64,000 nt of DNA, taken from NCBI GenBank assembly GCA_965153355.1, contig OZ231126.1, positions 30,628,001 through 30,692,000 of the forward strand. The letters run 5' to 3'. Source of the stretch: Flaccisagitta enflata (taxonomy: Eukaryota). This document shows positions 52,254-64,000 of this stretch, one piece after another. The notes beneath the pieces were generated by a model that was given only the letters and a program-made list of their open reading frames with translations, searched no databases and was not told where the DNA came from. The number at the start of each line of letters is the position of its first letter. The stretch's first letter is position 1. A program made the position numbers and the translations under genes.

Positions 52254-53193
52254 GGTGGTGGTGGTGGTGGTGGTGGTGGTGGTGGTGGTGGTGGTGGTGT
52301 TGTTTTTGTTGCTGTTGTTTCCCTCTCTCCTGTTTTATTGCTCATGCTTGCGTTTGGCATCTTCACAAGAAACAAAAATGGCTTTTTTTAGATTTGAATG
52401 ATGTGAGGCATCTTTGGTTTTTAGTTGCGGACACGCGTTGCGGACACGCGTTGTCTGTCTGTCTGTCCGTCCGTCTGTCCTTCCGTTGGTCTGTTGGTTC
52501 GTTGGTCCGTTGGTCCATTGGTCCGTTGGTCCATAACGCACGAGTCGAAAAGTGAAAAAACGAGCATTTTAGATTTTTTTTTGGTAGGTGTGGATGGGGG
52601 TTGGATGCCCCTGCCCACCCGTCCGCAACGATATTGTGACCCCGCGTCACTTGTTCCCCTCTTATTCAACCCATCCAGGCATGCATCCACATGAAATAAG
52701 CCGCCGAAAATCATGGCTGTTTCCTATCGATAGTCAAGGGTGGGTCTTTGGATTTTTGTTCTTAACCACACGTACACAGGTTGGTCTTGATGCGTCCAGT
52801 CTGAACACCATTCAAGGCTCAATCGACTATCCTCTTTCTGTCAAGGATTGAGTAACGATTTCGTCAACCTTTCATTCACTCATAATCTTCGGGAAGAACT
52901 TTCAATCTCTTGATGTACGTACTCCTCCATCACTCTTACGGGCTTGAATGATCTTTATGCAGGATCGCACTGACATCATTTTGGTCATTTTGTTTGACAC
53001 TCATTTGAATTGACATCATTCTTTCTGTCGTTTAAATATCAAATGACGTGATGGTATTCCAGAGCTCGACTTTGATTGTCTTCATGATGGAAATGTGCTG
53101 CTCAAATATACACTGGAATTATTCGTCCTCCGACCTGATGAGCAAACATACACAATGTGATACCGCGAATCGGCAAATAAAGGCGAGGGGAAC

Positions 53194-53283
<90 letters not shown>

Positions 53284-54017
53284 CAGACGGATCAACTTGC
53301 AAACTATCTAGTCAAACCGTAATCAAGGGGGAAAAATTTACCTGATTCGACCTTTTTTCTCCATTTGGCGACGTAAACAAACCTGATTTCGTCGTAGGCC
53401 CATTTCTTGCTGTACCGTGATCGTTAGAATCATAATGCCAAACTTTTGCTAGTATCTATCTCTTCCCTCTGATGTAACAAGCTAACCGATGTTCGGCGTA
53501 TCTGCGACCGACTTTGCTATACATCGCTGACTAGCTAACTGATTGCAAATGTAAGTTGTATCTGTGCTAACTCAGACTTTGCTCAATTTGAAAAAGACAA
53601 AGGAAAACCATCAGATTGACTATATGCAAATGAGGCTTTTGTTACTCATTTCCGACCTATGATGTCTTTTTGCATGAAACCAAACGGTAGACTACCTTCA
53701 TAACCTGTGTACCAAAATGTAATTAATACAAGCACGAATTTTCATGCTCCAGGTCATTCCAAGTAACATAATGATGATCGTTTGTCTAAGAACGATCTAA
53801 TATGATTTAAAACCAGATACTAAGTAAAAATAAACATTCAAGGAAGAAAAAAACAATTTTAACGATTGAAAACTACCTGTAAACTATCTAAAAACCTGAT
53901 AAGTGAAACAAGGCCGAATACAGGCAGGGGCAGTAATGCTATAATCGATTGCAGTTAAAAAAAATGAGGGAGCGACCAACATGACAAAGTGTAGCCGCAT
54001 GACCGTGACTAAAACGA

Positions 54018-55909
<1,892 letters not shown>

Positions 55910-55946
55910 CTGGGAGCAAAGAAATCGCTCAAGTTTTTGCAAACAG

Positions 55947-56016
<70 letters not shown>

Positions 56017-56576
56017 GCACACACACGCACACGCACACGCACACGCACACACACACACGGAGAGAGACAGAAAGACAGACGTACAGAGAGAGACAGGCAG
56101 ACGGACACAGAGAGACACTTCCATAGAGCCTCGCCATCTTATCTTACAGGCAGAGACAGTCAGAGACAGAGACAGAGACAGAGAGATAAAATTACAAACA
56201 CAATCACACACACGCACATATATATATATATATACACGCACAAATGAACGCACACACAAACACACACACACTGCCACTAACACAAACAAGCATTGGTCAG
56301 GAGTCAGGCGCACAGACACAGAAACAGGCACAGGCAGACAATCAAAATAGGAATAGAGACAAAAGAACAAATCTGGACAGAATACGAAAGCCAACCTGTC
56401 AATTTCATGGCTACATGAAGCATGCAAATGACGGCGACGTCTAAAATGAGGGCTGAGGGCGAAAGCGTAATCGGAATCAGCGGATTCCGTTTGACGCTAT
56501 ATCAAAGTGCAAATGAAAATGAAGTTAGACTACTTAATTTGTTTTAATCAGACTTAATTAAATTATCAACTAGTTA

Positions 56577-57343
56577 CAGGGTCATCAATCTCAACTGAAA
56601 AAAAGTATTGAGCTATTGTGTCTCAATGCTTTTTTTTCATGATCTGAAATTAATTTTTTTTTTTGAAGTACTATGTCTGACGTTTTTTGTGTCAAAATTT
56701 CGTTGGTCCAGGTTAAATAGTTTGTCTACAGCCTCAATTTGAAATAGTTAAGCTATTTCTAGCTGAAGAAAAATTGAAACATTGCTTACAAGAGTGTCTT
56801 TCTTTAAAATGCTCTCATTTCTAAACCGTTAGAGCTACAAATGCCAGATTGGTCTCAAATGAAAGATAATTTGATGTAGTTTTTCATTTGTTCTTTGTTT
56901 GGTTTATAAATTGTCATTCAGAGTAATTTTCATGGCCTTGAAATCGATTATTTTGACAAAATTTCTTTGAACTGTGGATTTTTCAATAAAAAGTATGACA
57001 AATAGGTTCAAGCCTAGTTTCCTCTTTTTGATGGCTAAAACTAAATTGAATTATCTTTCATTTAAGACCAATCTGCCACATGTAGCTCAAGTCGTTTAGA
57101 AATGAGACTAATTTCAAGAGGAAATACCTTGTGAAAAAACATTTTTCCCTTTATTTTACCCCTAAAACTGTTCATACTTCAAATTGATATTAAATGAAAA
57201 CGATTTGACCAAAGTCTATGAAATTATGATATAAATAACGTCAATCAATGCTCTTTAAGAAAAAATTGATTTCAGATCACTCAGTTGACACATCTATCAG
57301 AAAAAGCTTAAAAGATTTTTTTCAAACGAGATTGATGGCTGTG
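56577..57343. mobile_element. Tc1/mariner-type foldback MITE
   Basis: TA|CAGGGTCATCAATCTCAACTGAAAAAAA ... TTTTTTTCAAACGAGATTGATGGCTGTG|TA, with internal symmetry. Confidence 0.8.
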
Positions 57344-57476
57344 TACCGGTTTTCATTTCTTTTGTTCAAACATGGCAGTATTCAGAAAAAACATGTTTTT
57401 AGAGGCCGTGATATATCTGCCGTCTGACCTGAATCTTTTTTAGACGAATTGCCTTGTTCCAAATGCTCGCACGCTA

Positions 57477-58086
57477 CCGGGTCATCAGCCTGAGATGCCG
57501 GATAATGTTAAGCTTTTACTCTGAGATGCCATGTATCACGGATTTCACACTGAGTGCCTCTAAAAGAGTAAAGATTGACGTTTTTTGTATCAAAATTTCA
57601 TCAAAATCGGTCAAGTAGTTTAGATTTTACATGTATTTAAGTGAAAAACAACCTTTCTGCTACTTCTGTTTTTTGATGGGAAAATGGAGGGATGGCGTTT
57701 TTCCCATTCCCTTATTTTGCAATATTTTTTGCCAGGGACACAAGATTAGTCCTAAGTAAAAGGTGATTTGACAAATTTATGAAACTACATCTAATTTTTT
57801 TTCATACCAGACCTTTAACATGTTCCAAGCTCAAACTGTTAAAAAAAGAGAAAAATTTGAAGACGCTCTCTTTCATGATTTTTATTGAAAATTCTGCCAT
57901 TGAGAGGAAATTAGTTTTGATTTCAAAGACTTGTAAAATCTGAACTACTTGACCGATTTTGATGAAATTTTGATACAAAAAACGTCAATCTATGCTCTTC
58001 AAAAGACAATCAGTATGAAATCCGAGATATGTGGCATCTCTGGGTAAAAGCTTAACAAAATCCGGCATCTCAGGCTGATGACCCGG
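57477..58086. mobile_element. Tc1/mariner-type foldback MITE, TA TSD
   Basis: TA|CCGGGTCATCAGCCTGAGATGCCGGAT ... ATCCGGCATCTCAGGCTGATGACCCGG|TA. Confidence 0.9.
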
Positions 58087-60399
58087 TATCTTCCGAATCG
58101 ATGATTGTTACAAGCGTCGATGATGCGTTGATCCTTTGCCGCCGTCGCAAAATTGTCTCCAATTGCTCCGATGGAGTGTTGTTGGGGCAAGCTAAATATC
58201 AAAATAAGCCTTTCTTTAACAACACCGGAAGCAATCAAGACTATCTATACAAATCAGTGGTCGACCACGCAATATAATTTGAATAGTGAAAAATCATCGT
58301 TTCTGAAGCCTTCCTTTATTCCAGTAACCCCTCATGCCTTTCTACATTTGTTTATCGGAAAAAAAGTCGAAGTCTGTCTTCGACTTTTTAGTTGCGGACA
58401 CGCAACTCTAAAAGAGGCTTTGTCTGTCCGTCCGTCCGTACATCCGTCTGTTGGTCCGCCCCTGCCCACCCGTCCGCAACTGGTATTGGCCGTGTATCCG
58501 GCCTTGTTGACATATTCGAGAGAAACATATCGACCGTAGAGACACCTGAGCTTTGCGTTTAAAAATTTATATGGCGACGTAAGACTTTTTGCCTACCTTT
58601 CCGGCCGTCCAGCAGGTTCCGCGAATAATTGTGTGTCCTTCGTATTGTATCCTACGCGGAAGGCCACCTCTCACAACTGAACACTTGATAGTTTACCGTT
58701 GAGCAAATTAAGCTTTTTATTTTTCTATCGGGAAAACGTTTTCTAACGCGGAGCAGCGGGTTTAGATCGCTACGCCACTGCTGTTTCACGATTTCGAATC
58801 AGGTCTCTTCGTCTCGGTTGCTAACGCACATGCCTTTAACGGAAGTTGCCATACGTGCAAGCGCATCTGTAAGATTATGTTTGTCCATCTGTTGGTTGGT
58901 TGGTCTGTCACATATTTGCCATGATTAAGTAAGTCATTCCACTCAGAACACATGTTTGCATTGGTCATTTTACAGATTGGCTGTATAGATAACTAATTTA
59001 AACATAATGAATCTTTAATCACATATCAGTTAGATTTTACTAGATCAGGTTTCAAGGGACTGGATAAAATTGCGGCCTGTAGCTAATCTGCTTTTTCGCC
59101 AATATATGATATTGCAGATACTATCTAGGCAATCATGCCTTCATTGCAGGTGTGTGTGATAGAAGAGGAGCTCCACTGTATTCCAAACTAATTGTTTGTG
59201 TTTTTGGTTTTGCTGTACATTTATTAGCTACCATTTTCTATTGTTTGTGGCTCACATGTCTCCTTTTAGATTTTGTCGCATGTCTTGTTACGTGAGAAAG
59301 GTTTCTGTCTAGCTGTCAACGAAAACGCGACTTGTATCTCTTGAAATAAGACTTGGAGCAAGTAAAGGGAAAAAAGTTCATTCAGTCACTTTTTGATCAA
59401 TTTTTCGCATCAAGATATTTACTATGAACCAAAAAAATGTTTTCACATGCTTAAAAGAAGCATATAGCACACCCCCTCAAAAAATAGGTCCGCAGTTAGC
59501 CGTTTTATAGCGAAGGGAACAGTTGATACAATGAGGAACGCCAGGTAATTTTAAATTGTGCGTGAGAATTTTTTTAAAAGACCAATTTTCTGTCACTGTC
59601 AGCGATACGATTTTGGCCATTTGATCCATTTTTTCCCCGAAATGTGTTAATTATGTTAATAGTTGCCTGAGATAATTTTTTCCACCTTAATATATGCAAT
59701 TTTGTATCACTCATTTAAAAAAAAATTAACTCTGCTGAGGCCAAGTTACAAAAGAAAATCATAAAATCGTAGTGTACAACTTATTATTTTTATTTACGAT
59801 ACTTCTCGTCAGAGTTAAGCTATGAAATTTTAACTGGTGTTAGGGAACATGCTCAACTACTTGCGTGTCAATTTTCATGATCCTAGGCAAATTTTAAGTA
59901 TCGCTTTTCCTCCTTTGATTCCAAAATCCATGCTAAAAAGGAGTTTTCGAAAAAAAGATTTTTCATCTTGAAAATAACAAATCTGTAAAACGGTCAAACT
60001 TTTTGCATTCTTAAAAACATACGACGCGAGATATACTAATTTTTAAGCGTCGTATGTTTTTGTTTTTTTCATATTTGCGTTTTTTATGCAAATTTGTTAT
60101 TTTCAGTGAGCATGATTTGGAGTGATTTTTTGCTCCTTCGAAAAAGCGAGCTGATGGTGAAATGGTTTGTGTGGTGGCTGGATATCTGATGGACATTGAG
60201 CCTCAATTTTCATAATCAAGCTGTATGTTGTCAGCATAAATGCAAATCTATCATTTTCGCTTGTTCGAATACATGCTTGCATGCTTGTTTTTGTGCTTAC
60301 ATGCTTGTAAAAACTAAAAGAAATTAAGGGAAAAAGAGAGAAAAAGATGGAGGAAAAAATAGAAAAAGAAATGAAAAAAGAAAGAAAGAAAGAGAGAAA

Positions 60400-60431
<32 letters not shown>

Positions 60432-60878
60432 AAGAAAGAAAGAAAAAAAGAAAGAAAGAAAAAGAAAGAAAGAAAGAAAAAGAAGAAAGAAAGAAAGAAA
60501 TAAAGATATCAGACAAAAGAAAAGAGAAAGAATGAAAAAGCATTGAAACAAGTAATGGCGGCAGAGGCGCCCAACCTTTATTCACACACTCCCTCCCCCC
60601 CACACACACATGCAAGCATCAGATCATTTTTTGACGCGCGTCCACAGACTAATGGTATGACTGATGGACAGACGGACGGATGGACGAACAGACAAAGCCT
60701 CTAATAGAGTCGCGGGTCCGCAACTAAGAAATAAAGAAATATAGATAGAAAGAAAGAAAAAGAAATGAAAGAAAGAAAGAAAACAAAAAGATAAATAATA
60801 AGAACAAAATTCAACCTATAGATGCATCCTTTGCTTTTCCTTCCCCAGGACCGAGCCCTTTTACAGATCGTACTCCAA

Positions 60879-60960
<82 letters not shown>

Positions 60961-61169
60961 CTTGCTGATCTGCTGCGAGCTTTGAAGATTGGTATTGAGG
61001 CCATTTTGGGCCCAAAACAGGCCAAAAATTGGGTTAAAATTGCCAAAATTTGCAATTTCATCTAAAGAAATCATTGTTAATCGAATCTTGTTGTTGTTTA
61101 AACTCAATCCAGTCGTAATGAGTACAAATATTTTCATTGAAAGCTTTTGACACTGATACCAGAACCAAA

Positions 61170-61930
61170 CCATCACTGTTTCATAGTTTGATAACTATAA
61201 CAGCAGTTTTGAAACATCAATTGCCTGAAAAACTGTGAAAAAAGTCATTTTTGCGGCAATTTACGGCAATAGATAACATTGGATGATGATGGCTTTCACT
61301 TGACTTTTGACTTAAATATGTCTCAGAGTCAAACCATTACTGTTTAACCATTTGCCCCTTCCGCAGCTGTTTTTTAACATCAACAACATGAAAAACTGTA
61401 ACAATGGCTATTTTAACGGCATTTTACGGCAAATATGACACTGAATGGCAAAAGCTTCATGCGATTTTTGGCATGAGCTTGTCTAAAAGCCGAACTAACA
61501 CTGTTTCACTGTTTGATAACTATAATAGCAGTTTTTGAACATCAAAAACCTGAAAAACTGTGAAAATAGCCATTTTTACGGCATTTTACGGCAAAAAATG
61601 ACCCTGAATCATGACAACTTCACTTGATTTTTGGCATGATCATGTCTCAGAGTCAAGCAAATACTGTTTGAGCATTAGTAACCTTTAACAGCTGTTTTGA
61701 AATACCAACAACCTGAAAAACTGTGAAAATGGCCATCTCTATGGCATTTTATGGCAAAAAATGACACTGGATGATGATGGCTTCACTTGAATTTTGGCAT
61801 GAATATGTCTCAGAGTCAAACTATTACTGTTTGACCGTTTTGCCACCTATTTCAGCTGTTTGTGAACATGAAAATCCTGAAAAATGGTCAAAAAAGCCCT
61901 TTTTACGGCATTTTACGGCATTTTACGGCT
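61170..61930. repeat. About five diverged ~163-bp tandem units
   Basis: ACTGTTT...AAAAACTGTGAAAA...TTTTACGGCATTTTACGGCAA recurs at about 61175, 61340, 61500, 61663 and 61827. Confidence 0.8.
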
Positions 61931-62057
61931 CTGTGTGGACAATTCTTTTCCGAACTTTTCATGACTTCTATACAATATGTGTGATTGGTTTAGGGCAAAA
62001 AATTTGCACTTTGACCAAAATTCCCAAATAGCCTAGGGTTAACATACATAAATCACT

Positions 62058-63160
62058 GTGTTCTGGGTTGTGTGACATACATCGGAGAAAACTGTGTAGT
62101 GTGACGTACATTGGAGAATTCTTGGCTGTGTGACATACATTGAATAAAACTGGGTTGTGTGACATACATCGGAGAATTCTGGGTTGTGTGACATACATCA
62201 GTGAACACTGGATGGTGTGACATACATCTGAGAATTCTGGGCTGTGTGACATACATTGGAGAAAACTGGGTGGTGTAACATACATTGGAGAATTCTGGGC
62301 TGTGTGACATACATCAGGGAAAACTGGGTGGTGTGACATGCATAGGAGAATTCTGGGCTGTGTGACATACATTGGAGAAAACTGGGTGGTGTGACATACA
62401 TTGAAGAATTATAGGCTGTGGGACATACATCGGAGAAAACTGGGTGGTGTGACATACATCGGAGAATTCTGGGCTGTGTGACATACATTGGAGAAAACTG
62501 GGTGGTGTGACATACATTGGAGAATTCTGGGCTGTGTGACATACATCGGAGAAAACTGGGTGGTGTGACATACATCGGAGAATTCTGGGTTGTGTGACAT
62601 ACATCGGAGAAAACTGGATGGTAAGACATACACTGGAGAATTTTGGGCTGTGTGACATACATCGGAGAAAACTGGGTGGTGTGACATACATCGGAGAAAA
62701 CTGGGTGGTGTGACATACATCGGAGACATCTAGGCTGTGTGACATACATCGGAGAAAACTGGATAGTGTGACATACATCTGAGAATTCTGGGCTCTGTGA
62801 CACACATCGGAGAAAACTGGGTGGTGTGACATACATTGGAGAAAACTGGATAGTGTGACATACATCTGAGAATTCTGGGCTCTGTGACACACATCGGAGA
62901 AAACTGGGTGGTGTGACATACATCGGAGAAAACTGGGTGGTGTGACATACATCAGAGAATTCTGCGTTGTGGTATTATACAGAAATGAGTAGCTTTTGAA
63001 TGTTTTATTTTGTTAATAAATAAAAAATATGTTAAGTCTTTTTTAAATGATATTTTTCTAAAGTTTTTTGTAAGATACTTTTTGTTGCACATTTCATACA
63101 TTGGAGAAAACTGGATGGTGTGACATACATACAGGAGAAAACTGTTCTGCAAGTGTGACA
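62058..63160. repeat. 29-bp minisatellite (about 31 copies to 62953, plus 2-3 detached copies)
   Basis: GTGACATACAT(C/T)GGAGAA(TTCTGGGCT/AACTGGGTG)GT units spaced 29 bp apart. Confidence 0.95.
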
Positions 63161-63648
63161 TACACAGACGAACGAACGAACGAGCGGAGAAATCTGTGGA
63201 ACTTAGGTGTTCCACTATCGTGGAACACAACAAGGCCGGAAACATGCTACCTTAATTGCGTGCGACTGGACAGGGGGCATATTTGAGGTCAGTGGAGCAT
63301 TTGGGCAGGAGCAGTTTGGTAAAAAACCTCATAAATGCCGAGAAAGTAAATTGTGACAGATGGACAGACTGACCAATGGATGGAGTGACAGACCAACAGA
63401 CATATGGACCAACATTTCAGGGTGTAGATTCACGTAGCACCCAGCTAAAAATGAAAGCAATACCAGATTTGCGCCAAATGGAAATAGTATCCAAGTCAAA
63501 GATTACAATGATTTGCGATTTTAATGATTCATGGGTAAAAGTATCCAAGACAAAGTGCGTCTTTTTTCATCTGCGTGGTACCAATTGTCCCAGTATCATG
63601 AACAACATTGAAATAACATTAATTCAAAATGGTGGAATTGGTTTTCAG

Positions 63649-63711
63649 GTGTTCCTGGACAGCATGGAGCCAGAGGAGATCCAGGAGAGAAAGGACAAAG
63701 AGGAGAAAAAG
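63649..63711 (+). CDS. Collagen triple-helix exon (63 bp, 7 Gly-X-Y)
   Basis: TTTTCAG|GT GTT CCT GGA... translates GVP GQH GAR GDP GEK GQR GEK; ends G|GTGAGT. Confidence 0.92.
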
Positions 63712-63815
63712 GTGAGTATCTAACTGGTTGTGTTGTTGAAATGATAAGAATAATCTAAAATTGCTGTTAGACTAATAACATAAACAACATTGGATAAAAT
63801 ATAAACTCAATTCAG

Positions 63816-63914
63816 GTCCGCAAGGAGGAGAAGGCAATCCTGGACCAATTGGAGCCAGGGGGGAGCAAGGACCAAGAGGATTAAGAGGAGAAAGAGGAGA
63901 AGATGGAGGAAGAG
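63816..63914 (+). CDS. Collagen triple-helix exon (99 bp, 11 Gly-X-Y)
   Basis: ATTCAG|GT CCG CAA... translates GPQ GGE GNP GPI GAR GEQ GPR GLR GER GED GGR; ends G|GTGAGT. A 104-bp phase-1 intron separates it from the previous exon. Confidence 0.93.
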
Positions 63915-64000
63915 GTGAGTACTGTTGTGGCTGGTATATTGTCAGGAATTTTGGTACTGATAATTTACTGCTGTTTAACGCCATTTATCAAGCCTTTATA

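Noticed and set aside
62058-62953. CRISPR-like array, or a Cys/His-rich repeat protein
   Set aside because: The units are head-to-tail with only two recurring variants and no unique spacers, the context is eukaryotic, and the 29-bp period is not a multiple of 3.

Overview
AT-rich, repeat-dense animal (probably invertebrate) genomic DNA. Most of the window is microsatellites, TA- and 8-bp-TSD MITEs or foldback elements, and many short DINE-1/Helentron-like elements, so most ORFs in the supplied track are repeat artefacts. Supportable coding content: (1) a 3.55-kb uninterrupted minus-strand ORF (28824-32384) encoding Ig-Ig-EGF-Ig(-Ig) domains, a TM helix, a multi-pass domain with XK/Xkr scramblase-like motifs, and a 21-aa repeat tail. 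This is the most interesting object, because it looks like an Xkr-type domain fused to the kind of Ig-superfamily partner that vertebrate Xkr8 needs in trans. (2) An intron-containing, 3'-truncated hAT (hATm-like) transposase (about 40894-43015, +). (3) Two Gly-X-Y collagen exons at the right edge (63649-63914, +). (4) A possible three-exon pseudogene (54018-55909, -). Notable non-coding structures: a 2.6-kb array of units, each with CCCTAA repeats facing TTAGGG repeats (22399-25015), and a 5.3-kb foldback-like element (12598-17943). All calls were made by eye, with no database searches.
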